The notes under the pieces: model-generated
The model's database searches: none
Told to the model about the DNA's origin: nothing
Seen by the model: the letters and a program-made list of their open reading frames with translations, nothing else
Part shown: in pieces, positions 22,601 through 36,712 of the stretch
Numbering within the stretch: position 1 is the first letter of the stretch
Layout of the letters: every line of letters begins with the position of its first letter
Source: Thalia democratica
Taxonomy: Eukaryota
Reading direction: 5' to 3'
Assembly: GCA_965202585.1 (NCBI GenBank)
Contig: OZ241829.1
Location: 28,334,001 to 28,398,000, forward strand
DNA length: 64,000 nt
Made by a program: the position numbers and the translations under genes

Positions 22601-25600
22601 ATAGGGTAGAATTTATTGTAGGAACTACAACTGAAACTTACGAAAATATGTAAACTAACAAAAACGCTATACATAAAAGGCAACACAGAAAACATCCAAT
22701 CAGAACAAAGTGTGCGAGAGTTCAAAAAAACAGTTTGTTTCAATGCAAACACCGTAGTCAGAAGAAACAATTCAAAACAAACCAACCTCGGCAAAAAATT
22801 TCATTGAAAATAAAAAGAAATGAACTTTAACCATAATTTTCGTACTAATGAGCGAATGCATGGTGAGAAAGAAATGGAAATTATAAAGTGATAAAGAGTT
22901 CTCTCTCGAGAAGACCAAGCCTCCATTTGGTAAAGCACCACTCAACAGAGCAAAAAAGAGTGTAAAAATAAGCACTAAATTGTAAAGTATGGCTCGAAAC
23001 AAGCCTATCTCGTTTCATCTTTCAATTCTCTCGTTTTTTAAAGCTCGTTGCAACATCGAATGGTTTTTTTGAAGCTTATTATTTTAAACTGATTTTGTTG
23101 GGTTTATTGGTTTTTCCGTTTATTTTTTTAATGTGGGAAATGACTACCCTGTGTTTGCACAGGGTAAATATTTGGCTGTACTTGGCGACAATGTGCATTT
23201 CTCTTAATGTGATGTTACTCAGCACTTTGCAGTTTCTTATAAATGACCACATACAGTTATCATAAATGACGTTAGTATAGCTAAGTACAAATAACCATAC
23301 AAGATAAATGTTAGTGAAATCGTGTAAAAAGAATATGAGAACTTTTGTAAAATCATAAAAGTGTCTGTATGCGAATTTGTACTTTTAAAGGTTAAGACAA
23401 ATAATATGTATAAGACCTAAAAAATGGTTTACTATTAAATATTTTAGTAACTATTTTTAATCAAAATAGAACTTGACAAAATATTAATCATGTACAGCGT
23501 TGGTTAATAACTTATCATTAGTAATCTGGTTTTATGAAACATCTTGAATGAGATTATATAATATGTTGTATGTATATTATGGTGGTTTAAACAACTACAC
23601 TTAACAATAATTTAAAGTTATTATCAATAACAATATAGATTTTCTTAAAATTTTAGAACAGTTTCAAGAATATTTTTTTAATTTTTATATTAAAACTATA
23701 CAAGTAGTTAAAACAATGATGTTTTTGAATAGGTAAAATATATTGTTTCTGAGAAACAAAAAGTGACGTGCTTTAAACGAATTAGAGAAAGTTTTTCCTA
23801 TTCGTGCTTCATCAAGTTACAGTTTATAAACTGTGGTAAAAAAGGAGTTAGAAGTAAATTAAATGTAATTTCCGAGATAAAATTAATTTGAATACTCGTT
23901 ATACACTTGAAAAGTGAATTTTTGTGTAATAAAGTTGACTAGCACTTTGGAATTTATTTGTCAGAAAAAGTTTAAATGTCACTAAATCATTTATGAATCA
24001 GACTGGCTGTAGTTAATTAAATTAGAAGAATTTTTCAAAATAATTTTAAATAGTTGCTATTGTTGTGCAACTAAACTTGTTAAAAAAATTCTTTTAAATT
24101 GAGAAAATAAAAAATTATAAAATTAAGAGTAAAACTAATCTCATGTAAAAACTTATATCTTGTTTAAGCTTAACCAAAAAGAATTGTAAACTTTTTAAGA
24201 GAAACAACTAATTCAAGTTGGTTTAATTCAACAGAAATGTATTTTTAATTTAAGTCCGAAAAGTTACTGCTACATTGGTCAAAATTAAAACCACCCAGTT
24301 AAATTTATATTAAGCAAACGTTTGAAAACAGCATACTTTAACTCAAATACTTTAACTGGTTCTTTTGAAAAGGCGGGTTAAATCTATGCAAATGTTAAAA
24401 TTTATAATAATTTTCTTTGCACGCCTATGGTAAATAAAAGCTTGATATGAATAGCAAACTAGACAATTACAATAATTACTGACACAGACAACACGGAAAC
24501 AAAAGCAATCATTCTTCGGTTACAGAGAGAATACGTTTTTGAGAAAATTACACTTAAACTATTCCTACATTAAGACAGGTGTCATTTGTTATAAAAATTG
24601 CATAGAAACTGAAAAAGGTGAGCAAACCAACAACTAACCCTCTACTGCTGCATCTTACAACCATGTTTAAAATTGCACCATTACTCGCAACGCACTATGA
24701 ATAATTCATGAGAAAATTTTCACCAGTATAACATTACTCACCATTCACTGCCTGGGCGAAAACCACTTTGATGGCATATGGCGCGCATTTGTAGAAAAAA
24801 GGTTTGTTTTATTTTTTAATGGTGCATAAGAACCATATTGTTATCAAACAGCTGCCCATTTAAAAACTGAACTAAAAGAGCATAAGATGGAAGAGTTTTA
24901 CAAAAATTTACTTTTTCTAACACATGCTGGGCGTCAGTAAAAATTCTGGTTGCTAAGAACCAGTTCAAAGTAAAGAAAAATTACCCACTTATTAAGCTTG
25001 AATTGGTAAGATTTCACAAGTTAATGGTCCTTTCTGGTAAATTCTCAAATGAAGAGCCAAACTACCAACTCTTAAAATGTATAGCAAAAGGTGTTTGAAA
25101 ACCATTTTAGAGCAGTGTTTAGTTTGAAGCGCTCGAAAGAGCTGGTAATTTCTGGAACCATTTGAATAAAGAGAGAAACTGGCAACACTACTCTGAAGTG
25201 ATGAGACACTTTGCACGCATTTTTGTGGCTAGCTCACAAGGTTCAATATGTTATAAAATGTTATTTTTATGAAACACTAAATGCTTGTACCAAGTTCATT
25301 TTGTTGGCTAATTTCTGGTGTTCTTGAAGCTAAATAAATATTTGGTTTAAACAAAGAACTAATGGTTTAAATAAAGTTAAGGTACTTAGATTAAAAACTG
25401 TTTTAAATGTTAAATCTAAAACAGATGTTTAATTTTTCTCTTTACTTTTTTCGTTTTGGTTCATTGATAACAGTTTTGATATTTTATACTTGCATGAACT
25501 TGTGTTTCATGTACTTACAAAACAGATTAAGCTTTAAATCAGTTTTCAACTAATAAAGTAGAATACAACCAAATGTTAGACAATTGTTATAAGAAAACGC

Positions 25601-28600
25601 AAAAAACCACACACAAAGTTTACAGACCATTTGCAAAGCATATAACGAAAAATGAGTAATGGCTTGTTTACTTTAGTATTATGCATGACGCGTAGAATTG
25701 CAGTTTTCTGCTTACTATGGTAAAAATAAAAAACTAATTAAGAAGTTTTTCGCTTTTACAGAAAATTAGAATGGAAATTTTTTTTAAAACTAACAGTATT
25801 AAAAACAACTAGTGTAAAAAACCACTTAGACCATATTTTTAAATCAAAAATATATCCAGAATAAATAACTATTTTTAACCGAACTTTTATAGACATTCAT
25901 ACGAATGCCGGTTACATGACAATTCAAATTCGGACAACTCAAATTCCGACAATTCAAATTCTTAAAAAAATACTTGAATTACTATATCTCAATAAGTAAC
26001 TTAAATTTGAAAAAAATAAAAAAATCATATGTATTTCTTATTATTATCTACAAATATTTTCTTTTTTTTTTTTGCATAACCTTAAATATTTTTTAAAATA
26101 TTCTAAAATTACTTAAAATAACTACGTTTTTCACTTTATTTAACCTATATCTCTAAAAATATTACATTTATTTCATAAAGAAAAAAATGGCTCGTAGATA
26201 TTTATATGATCTACATAGGTATTTTTTATTTTTGAAAAATGCTCATTACTTTTTTACTTGTGGCCGTTTCAATTATTTTTTAAGAATTTGAATTGTCGGA
26301 ATTTGAATTGTCCGAATTTGAATAGTCGTGCACCTATAGAATGGGCACCATAGAATGCCTATGTTGTAATATTGCCTAAATAATTATTTTGATATTTTAT
26401 GTTCTAAAAATAAATTGTTTATATCACAAAAACCAACTACTGCTAAATGGTAAACAAAAAACATGAGTTCACGTAAAATACCATATTTATAAATTAAACA
26501 TAAACACATGCTTAGTTTTAATATATATAATTATATACATATAACTGTTTTTTTTTTTTTTAATTATGTAACTTAAATTTAAATAACGACTCGGAGCAAA
26601 ATATTAATTAATAAACAATCAGCATAAAGATGTTAATGTACTCATACGTGAATGGTTTTTACATACGTAAATGGTTAATATAGAATAAGCAGAGTGATAT
26701 TTAATTGTTTTTTTCATCAAAATATCTCAATATAGGTCAAACAAAAGCATATTTCAACGTTAAGTAAAATTTTGTTTTAAATTAACAATTAATCTTACAT
26801 GCCATCAAATAAATGGTTTTTGTTTGAAAGGTTTGAAATCAAATTGCTTAATTATAATTTTATGCACGCCTAAAAAAGCACACTGACATTTAAATGCTTA
26901 TTTTAGTGTTGATGTTAATTAAAACAGACATTTAAAATAAAATGATAATTATTTTGCAGTAAATAGGTCAACTTATGTTCTAAAAACCTTTTTATGGTGT
27001 TTTTTACCTGCTACAACTGTTTATGTAGGTCAAGTGCTTTCAACTTAAATTGCAATCCGACTTCAACTAGTTTATGTTTTACTCGTGTTTTTTTTTTATT
27101 GGTTGATTTAAAGCGTTCTACGTGTAAATCACGCGTTTTTATTTTCGCGATGAATTGACAGGAGTCGTAAACATCTAGCTTTTATTTTATTGGAATCTAG
27201 ACTTGTACGTTCAACATTTTATTATTAGCGCCAAAAACAAGCTACAAAACGAGTTACGCAAAATGTTTTCGAGACTTAATACTTTAAATTAAACGAAAGA
27301 AATTGTTAAAGACGTGTTATATTTTTTCATGATTTTTTTACGTTTCTAAAAGTTTTTAATGAGCAATACAACGATTCATAACCGAAACGGAAATTATATT
27401 TGTTTGTTATTTTTCTTTAATGGGTTTTGAATTTATTATTATTTATCATTAAAAACAACTAACGTCGTATGAGTGGTTTTCAAATTTTTGCTTGCTTTAT
27501 TTTCAAAGTCAAAATTTGAAGGATATTTATTTTAAATACTACTACAGACAGTTAAAAATAAACCTTTTTTTTATTACTGAAATTGAACGTTGCGGTTGTT
27601 TTCGGAAGTATATTTTTACCATGAACCATTTTTCCAAACATAAAACAACTGTATTCTGCAGAGTTTGAAAACAGCATTTGCAGCAGAGTGTACACGTTAA
27701 CTAAGGTACATTTTTTAAATTTAAAACTTTAACTTAACTTTGTTTTTTATACAAACCTGCCTAGGAAGTGGTGTAAGTGTAACTTGAAAAAGCGGTGACT
27801 TAAAACATCAAAATAAATTCTAATGTGTCTCAAACTATGCGTATAACAAATGAATGAGTCTTTGTTTTATGTTTATCACTACCTTACTTTACGTCGCGTC
27901 TTTTAATTTACTGAAATTATACAAATCTAAACTTTGTTAGTCAAATCTAAATATATAAATTCAAATCAACGAACTGTTTTCTTCCGAGGGCAGATTCTGG
28001 CTGACTACAATGCCGCTGGACTTGCTCGTGTTCGAAGATCCCTTGCTGTGCGTCGAACCGTTCATAGATCCCAGCTCAATACTGTCCGAGTTCTTCTGTT
28101 GATTTGTAAAAACAAATGTCATAATATCCAAGCTCGTATATTTATGAACTCGGCTTTACTTTTTACAAACTCAAATGTAAGTTGTATTTGTTGTAAATTC
28201 AAAAATATAACTAAACTTTAATTATGTTGTACTTTTTGTGAAATTTTTAAAAACTGTGCATAATAAGTAAGCCAAATTTGACGCTGACCAGCATCAGTCT
28301 TAACTCTCCTGTTCAGTAGACAGGTGTAATGCTTTAATATGTAAGGATGTAAATAAAATAGTTGTTGATAAACATTGTTAATTTTGAAAATAGACATGGT
28401 GATTTTAAACAGGTAGAAATAATTAAAAGCTATATTTCAAACAAACCTTGCTCTTCCTGAAAAGTGACATGGTGGTTTCGAAGAGGAAGAACAGGTAGAT
28501 GCCGGCGACACCCATCAGGTTCTTGTAGATTCCGGAATGGTCGTGGTTGTGGTGGCCCGGCTCCATCTGCGCCTGTTTGCAATTCAACATATTTTGTTTT

Positions 28601-31600
28601 TGATTTATATTTTACAATATTGCTTCAAATATGCAGACAATGTGCTGAAATTCGCTTGTTATTTAGTTTTGCAGGTATAGTGTATAAGATATTAGAGCTT
28701 TACAATATCGTTTCATCTGAGCCTGTTTGTATGCTATATGTGTGTTTAAAACGTTGTACAGCATTTCAAATATCCTAATATTACATGTTTGTTTAATATT
28801 GATGAGTATACTTACAACTAAAAATTTAATAATTTATATCAGTTAATATGAAAATAAAAAATAACAGCTAACCGTGTTTTTAATATTTGTGTACATATCA
28901 AATAACTAAAGCTTAAAAATAGATATCAAATTTTATTCTAGAGCTTCAAATTGTAATAAATTAAGTCTGCATATTATAATAACTTTACGCTATGCTTTAA
29001 TAAAAGCCATGAACAAATAAATATTTTCAATAATATAGCTAAAAGCATTTTCTGAGAAGAAATCTAAACTAAACAAAAGGTTATTAAAGTTCATATAAAG
29101 GTTTGTATTTACGTTTCAACGGAAATATAAATTTATGCTACGTAGGCATTCAAACTTGTATTGAAAAACCATAAATCGAGTTTGTGGATAAAAGCTTTCG
29201 GTACATGATACAACTTTTTCTAATAAGAATCTTTATCAAATACTTAAAATAAAACATGATTACATTTTTAAAATAGATTAAATTAGCTACTAAAAACTTA
29301 TTTAGCTAATTACTAATATTATCTGAATAGTTTAATAATTCTAATTAGTTAATCAGTATTACATTGTATTGCAGTCAATACAAATTTTTATGACAATATC
29401 TTTGTTAGTTAATAGTGTATGACTAAGATAAGCTTTTTTGAAATATCATGTAATTGGTTTTATTATGTGGCATACAAAACAATAAAATAAAGATTTAAAT
29501 TACTATTTACTTTGTTACACAAAAGTGATTTACTAAATTCTTTTTGTTTCGATTGAACAAAAGTACCAGTATACGTTAACAATCAAATATATATCTACGG
29601 ATAATGTTTAAACAAAAACCGATTTAACACAAATGTTTGAAACAATAACTTAATCCTTTGTTTAAAAGAAACAAACAGACAATGCTTTTATTTCAGGCTT
29701 TAACACAAAAAGTACTCGAAATTATGATTGAACAAACAAACAAGAGCGTTTAATAAAAAGTCGAAAGGAAGTGGATATCTTCAAACAATGGTTTTAATAA
29801 AAATTCAATAGTACTTTAAAGCTTTGTGTGGGCAAAAACGGGCGAACAGAAAACTGTGAGTCAATTCAAACGAACTGGAAACAAGTTTGATGGGTCATTG
29901 AAAAATCTGACCTGATTATGAGTCATAGTTATTAATCAAACACTGTAGAGTTTTGTCGAATTAATCTTTAAGCTTGGGGCAAACAATGTTGGATTGTCGA
30001 TTACTAGAAACAGGAACGAACTCTCGTAAAGCAAAAGTTTGCCGCCTTTTTTAGAACGGAACCAAACAGTTTTCAGCGTTTGACATTGGCCAAACAAAAA
30101 GACCAAACAAAGCGGTAATTGATGTTGCGAAATGGTTTTGGTGAAAGACCAAACAAGCTTTGTAAATAGACAAAGCGGTGGTTGATGAAAAATGCTTTTT
30201 TTACCAGAAAAGGTCAAAACTGAGATTTCCATTTGAAGCTAGCTGAGTTTTTCAAGTGCGTTATTGCGTCACAGAGGCCAATTTTCGAGTGGCTTTCGGT
30301 TAATTTCGAGTGCATCTGTGAAGGTTAAATCGCCCGGGCGGATAAGCGAGGCGTAATCGATCAACCAGTTGTTAATTTGGTCAATTATCCGTTTAAAGTT
30401 TGAGTTTCGCAGTTTAACAGCAACTGAATATAATACAACATTTCAAATTATTTGATTATATTTTTTCTAACTATACGTTTTTCTCTTTTAGAAAATTTCA
30501 CAACGATTTAAACGGCCTGGGCAAACAGATTTTATCGAACTTATCTGATTTTTTTCGCCCAGGCGTAAGTTGACTCGGTACAACTCACAAGGGTGGGAAA
30601 ATTGACCATATCTACAACCAAACATTAGATAGTGACTCATCGGCGACCAACTTGATTTGAATGTGGGAAATTTCTTAATTTGTGTTAATTATTAGTAATG
30701 TTGAAAATGAGAAGTGATTTTTAAAACAACTATATCAAAATCGAAATTGTAATCTTCTTTTAACTTTGATTTTCAAATACTTAATTTTTTTCGATTTCAT
30801 TCAATTAAATTCAAACAACAGAAAAAATCTAACATCTTTAACTGTTCTATGATGTTCTAGCATTTTAAACATTTTAAATGTGAATATTGCTAAATTTTCA
30901 TACTTAACACGATAACTAAAAATTAAATTACCCGTTTAATTTTGCAAACACCACTCAACATTAACAACCCAAGTTCTTAAAAAAAAAAATTAAAAACATT
31001 TATCACACGCGTCATACTAAAAAGTTTTAAGCGCGTCAATTGTGAAGCTTCAAAAAGTATTTAGAAAATTGAAACTTGATTGGTTTTGCCCGGGCAAGAA
31101 GTGACTCCAAAAAATTACTCATGTTTCACGCTTTAGTCACAAAAATGATTAATTTGTTTTTTTGCATAACTAATGGTTAATTGAATTGGTGATTTCTATT
31201 GGTCGTTGCCGATTATATTTTTTTGAACTTTACCATCAATTTGACGCTTAACTTGACATGTTTTATAAAGCTTTCTTTTTGTTAGACACGATTTTATAAA
31301 TTATATTTGCATACTGTCTAAGTAACGTAACTTTTTATTTCGATAAACTTTGATTCGTGAGATATTTTTGCCAAAAGTTTTAAATAACAAGTCACGACAT
31401 TAATACTTATAACTTTAAATTATTCAAGGTTTATTGCGAAATTAATCTTTAAAGACCTTTTCAAAATTTGGTACAGAGTTTAGCTTTAAGATTTTTCCTA
31501 ATATAGCCACATAACAGCTATTAAAAACGCAAGAAATATATATAAAGTATTGCAACATCTACTAAAACTCATACGCAAGCATAATAAAGAAACTTGGAGT

Positions 31601-34600
31601 CAAGAGCTTAATTAAAATTAAAGTATGTTAAAGTAGCAAAAATATATAATTAACTGAGCAAACTTAAACACAGCAATTCTAGTTTTTATTGGCTACTTTT
31701 TAAACGGTATGGGCTTTCAAAAACGTTTCTCTATAATCTTGCTACTATTGGTAGCTGAATATATACGCACTTTCTAGCTAGGAAGAAACAAATCTAACAC
31801 GTGTTGAATGTACGGTAGTACTACACTTCCGTATTATATAGTAACATTGAGGTATTCAACAAACATTTATTTGTTTGATTCTATTTAAAAAAATACAAAT
31901 GCAGACTAAATTACTACCATTCATAATCTTAAAATTTAATCAACTTTTACTCGGAAATTTGATTAAAAAAGTTAATTTTTATTTGATAAAGTAAAACTTT
32001 TATCTTAAATAGACATCTATAGGTATCAATAAAAATAGAACTACTATTAAGTTATTTTAAGAGTGTAAAAAAGGATTAAGTTGAGATATTGTTTTATTTG
32101 TTTTTGACCTCATTAAATGTTTAAGTTAATAATTAACTAGAAAATACAAATACTTACAGCTAAATACATACATTTCATTTGATCACTTTGTTGGTTTGTA
32201 ATGTTATTTTTGCATTAGAGTTTTCAGTATTACATCAAAATGATTTAAATTAGATGGAGGTTTACTAAAAATAATTTGTATCAGATATTGTTAAGGCATC
32301 AGAAGATTAGCTCGTTACTTTATTGATTTGCTTAAAAAGTTTTACTAGATTATCTTATAGCATAACTTAATTTGTTTTGCAGTTAATACTTAAATAATTA
32401 GCAATACAAAATATCCATTTATTTTAACTTTTTATCTTAATTAGTGGTTGTTTAAGTAACTATGATATTAAACTGTTCCTATTTATTTGTTTGGTAAATT
32501 ATTTAGGAACTGCTAAATATTAAGCAAACGACTTTTAACTTAAACATTTTGCAGAAGTTTCCAAAAAACTGTTTACCACAAAGTGGAATTTTTTTAAAAA
32601 CTTACAACAAAAACTATTCTTATTCTTATCAACTCAGCTTTATAAATGGGTCAAATATTTATAGAGCCTCGGTAAACATTTTTTTTTTGCTAAGTGAAAA
32701 AAATCACAACTTGTTTAAAATTATTCTTTTCTAAAATTTCTTTTTTAAAAAGGTAATCGTAAGCATTTAAAACATGATAATTTATTGACTTGTATTAAAC
32801 TTTCAAGTGTATTGTCTAAAAACAAGTTTGTTGTATTAAAAAGCAATTAATAATTGTATTTTGTTGTTTTTAAAAACAAGATAATGGAAAACTTTTGGTA
32901 AAATGCCAATAAAGTTTTGAATAAAGATTTTTTAGCTAATAACCAAACTTTATTAATTGCCAATTAAATAGGTTGTTTTTCAGAAAATCTTAACTTAAAC
33001 TTTTATTATTTTTAACATTTTGAGGTCTGTTGGGAAAACAATATAATTCATCATAAACACTAAATTTACATTTTATAAATTTAATCAACTCACAAAAACA
33101 CTTAATATTTTTATTTGCTTAACCTACATATAGTAATTAATTAATATTTTTTACTTACTTCTCTGAAAATGTGTTATAAAAAGTGGAAATAATGTTATGT
33201 ATGAATATTTTAATTATTATTATTATGTTTTTAATATTTTTAAACAAATTCAGTCAACAAATGGGGTAGCAGTTTTAAAGTTTTTTTCAATATATCATCT
33301 ATATCATTTATCTTAAGTATAACAAGTTTAATCTAAAATAGGGATTATCTGAATTATCAAACATTTTTATTTTTAATAAACTGTCTGGTGTCTAATTGTT
33401 TTAAAGTTTTTTTTTCAATAAATCATCTATGTCATTTATCTTAACTATAACAAGTTTAATCTAAAATAGGGGTTATCTGAATTATCCAAACATTTCTAAT
33501 TTTAATAAACTGATCTATCCAACTAACATGAGGCAGCAAGTGAAGGACAGCATCCCCACACATGGTCCCGACCGCCATGGCAACCAGAAAGTTCATGGTG
33601 ATGTGGTACATGCGGGTGAACTTCATCAGCGGGATGGTTGCTATGCCGACTATGGAAATGAGGGAAATAACCCCGACTGAAACCGTTGCCACTACCCATG
33701 ACACTGTAGTGAATGAACAGGTTGAAATCAATCAACATTTATTTTATTGAATGTTGTCAAAGCTGGAGTTTATTCCACTTATTTTAAAATGCTTTTTTTA
33801 CTGAAATTGTTGCTAATATATCTTAAAATATGTTATTTAACAATTTATTACAAACATTTTACATATAATTTTCATAAATTGGTTAATTTTACTTGATAAA
33901 TGCCAACTTAGCTCAAGATTAGTCACATAATAAAACAATAACAAATATAAAACCCTAAAAAGGTCAACAGTAGTTTATCAAATTATAGTTAAATTTTTTA
34001 AATTTATTTAATGAAGGTTATGAAATTGTAAAATTCAAAAAAAAAATTCAACATCTTTTAAATAATATATAATTGAGTTTCTCATCACTTTAATTTACTT
34101 TTATAAATTTAAGTTAAGTTAAACTTAAAACAATAGTATATTTGTTTAAACACGATATATCTCTTTGTATTTACAGACAAGACAACTTTACAAGTAAGAA
34201 CAAATAAAATAAGACAATGTCATTATTTGAATAGCTGAACAAATACACCATTTATAGCATACAAATATACCCACCCCTATTTGTAAACAAAAATTATAAA
34301 AATATATAATCAGTTACACCTACCAATATAATTATCAGTAAAACATACATTTTACCTTATAATGCTTTTAGATGGTAAAATTCTTAATAGGGTATTTTTA
34401 AATTTACAATTAATATTATTAATTTTTCTTACCTACAGAGTTGTTGCTTTCTGATTGCTCTTCTTCTGTTTAAATAGTACATTGTTGGGCTTCAATTTTA
34501 TTTTAAAGCTTAGTTTCCACACAAGTTTATTTAAATTATCAAGCAAAATTTAGTTTATCAGCTTTGAAAACTTACCTATCATTTTTAAACACTTTACTGG

Positions 34601-36712
34601 TTTATAAAGCACTTAATTATGTGAACTAGAACTTTAAGTCTGAGCACTGCTAAATTTTATTTTAACCTCAACTATAAAAATTTATTTATTTGTAAATTAT
34701 CTTTCACAAGTATTTTTAAACTGATGTAAAACTATTCATTAAAACTAAACTAATCATTTTGACTAACGAATCTGGCAAGGTTCCTTGCCACTGATCTTGT
34801 ATTGGAGCAGCCTTGGCATAAGGGCAATGAAATGGTTCAGGTTTAATGGGAATCCCATCATAATTTGCTCAACTTCACTTAATATAGCGCACTGTGGAGT
34901 TCATATTTTCGATTAAAATATTCAATGGTTAAATTACAGCAGTTTTATTAGGAAGATCAGAAATATACAGTTGGTACGATAAGCAGCCATACTTAAATCG
35001 TTTTATTTTATTTTTAGGTAGTTTTTAACTGAAAGCAGTAAAACAAGAAAAAACTAAAAGGATATCTTTGCCAACCACAGCAGATCTTAGAAAAAATTTC
35101 ATAAAAATGTACAAAACAAACAACAAACCCCCTCAGTGATGTTCATGGGTTTCATTTCTTCTTCGTGTTCATCTTCCTCATGTGGTCCGTGGTTGTGGCC
35201 ACTGTGATCATGAATTTCTCTTCTTCTCCTATTAAGAATGATTTATCAACAATGTGCAAGTGACTACTTGTCTAAAGTAATAGAAAAATTAAAACTTTAA
35301 CTGATGTGTGTACTATATTTAATTAAATATATTCATTCAACTTTTTATTTAAAGACTCTCCACCAAATAAAAGCAAAACAAACCTGTGGTTGTGTCCAGA
35401 ATGATCGTCGTGACTACCATGATCATGTCCTTCATGACTACCATGGTCGTGGCCATCATGACCTCCGTGATCATGACCATCGTGACCGTCAGAACCACCC
35501 TGAACAAGGTCTAAGTCCTTGAGTAACCTTAAAAATTAAGATGATAATTTGTTATGTAAGAAAAAAAGTTTCAAAGATGATCTAAACACTAAACATACTT
35601 CACAACACAGTTGCTTAAATGCATGTTAGATAACTAGTAAAAACAAAAACAATTAATTATTATTACAAAACCAAAAGCTTAAAAGTAGTTTGCGGCTCTA
35701 TCTATTTATCAAAAACTAAGCTTATTTAAAAGGAAATTAAATTATTACAAAGTAAATTCAAGGTTTTTACCTGTGGAGGCCGGCATCGAGTACCAGGTCG
35801 TGCTGTTTGTCCTTGTACCTGTCAAACATGGACCTGGTGTTGAAGGCCATGTCGTCCATCAACGCCCCGTTCCTGCTGCTAACCTTCACCACATAGCTGA
35901 CCCCGTCCTGCGACTTTTCCACCAGACTGTCTGTGAGTTTTAAATTTAGTTAAATTTGTTTATAAAAACTAAAATTAATTTTGAATTTAAATAATTTTTT
36001 CATACAAAAAATTTTATTGCTCAGGTATGTGGGGGGTTTTGGTTGAACATGATAAAATATGTGTATTAATTAGAGGGAATTTTATCTCAGATAAATTGTC
36101 ATATGTTATTGGTATAACTTGTTTTGTAAAACTAATTCAAATGTTGGTTTTTGACCTAAATACCTATATATGACCTAAAAATTTTGTAGAAAATCAAAAA
36201 AAATTATAATTGTTTTAAATTTGAGATTGCTTGAACTTTAAATATACAATTGCATAACTTTGTTTGATCAGATAAAATTCAAAAAGTATTCAAAAAACAC
36301 CCAGTATTTAATGCAAGTATACTTTATGGAATTAATTAATAACCACACTTTTCCTTTAATTTTTTTGCAAAGATCTCTATGAGTTTACTACAAACTTGTT
36401 GGTAAAAATTCAAAGTCATTTATTAATCTTTGAGCAGCAAATAAGGAAATATAATTTTATACTTTTCTTAAATGTTAAACATCAATTTTAGTCGCAAGGG
36501 TTGTGATAAAAATTAAGTAATTGCTATTGAACATTAAAAAGTTGTTAGATTGTTATTTAACATTATATCAATAAATACAAACCTATGGCAGCAACAGAGG
36601 GTACCAAACTCCATAGCATTAGAACTGCAACTGCACATAACATACACACATGATTTTTGTGACACTTCTCCTTATGGAAGTTTGATTTGCTTCTTCCACA
36701 GCTTGACTTCAT
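13657..36712 (-). CDS. ZIP/SLC39 LIV-1-subfamily zinc/metal transporter, 14 coding exons, ~579 aa
   Basis: Exons (minus): 36712-36583, 35930-35771, 35527-35384, 35228-35129, 34891-34768, 34465-34433, 33703-33528, 28572-28447, 28095-27975, 22387-22325, 20948-20805, 16996-16817, 14404-14313, 13803-13657. All are AG/GT-bounded and phases join into one 1740-nt frame. Features: signal-like N-terminus, His-rich ectodomain, PAL-like MPRLLQY..C, TM2 GTMCGDAVLHLLPH, TM4 GDGLHNFSDGLAIG, TM5 HELPQELGDF, TAGGFLYVSL, C-terminal TM. Not assignable to a single vertebrate paralog. Confidence 0.95.
15992..16687. mobile_element. Foldback MITE (~696-bp near-palindrome) with TTAA target duplication, Kolobok-like
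   Basis: TTAA|GGGCATAGGG...CCCTATGCCC|TTAA, with arms of ~330 bp matching along their length. TTAA plus RR..YY termini fits Kolobok (inference). Lies in ZIP intron 12. Confidence 0.85.
17893..18248. mobile_element. MITE (TIR CAGGGTGGCCACT), copy 1
   Basis: 13-bp perfect TIR; TCCAGG subterminal repeats; flanks TGTTTA/TGTTCA; body homologous to 37552-37933. Confidence 0.85.
25910..26335. mobile_element. Mutator-like MITE, same TIR family as 12246-12561
   Basis: Inverted ends, each with 3x GACAATTCAAATTC-type repeats; termini GGTTACATGAC / GTCGTGCACC; TSD ambiguous because of a small duplication at the right end. Confidence 0.7.
30269..30640 (-). CDS. Candidate nested two-exon small ORF (68 aa) in ZIP intron 7; may instead be an enhancer
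   Basis: 30640-30589 (ATG...CCT T|GTGAGT) and 30423-30269 (TTCAG|...TGA) join in phase: MSHYLMFGCRYGQFSHPFAVKLRNSNFKRIIDQINNWLIDYASLIRPGDLTFTDALEINRKPLENWPL. No recognised homology. Confidence 0.3.
33272..33512. repeat. Intronic tandem duplication (~113 bp x2)
   Basis: 33272-33383 and 33398-33512 align with scattered substitutions; ends 15 nt from the ZIP exon 7 donor. Confidence 0.85.

Noticed and set aside
23145-23166. Perfect 9-bp hairpin TACCCTGTG-TTTG-CACAGGGTA as a Helitron 3' end
   Set aside because: No CTRR terminus at the expected distance and no second copy in the window.
24630-24800. Two apparent minus-strand mini-exons with GTGAGT and GTTAGT donors in ZIP intron 9
   Set aside because: All three phase combinations hit stop codons when joined.
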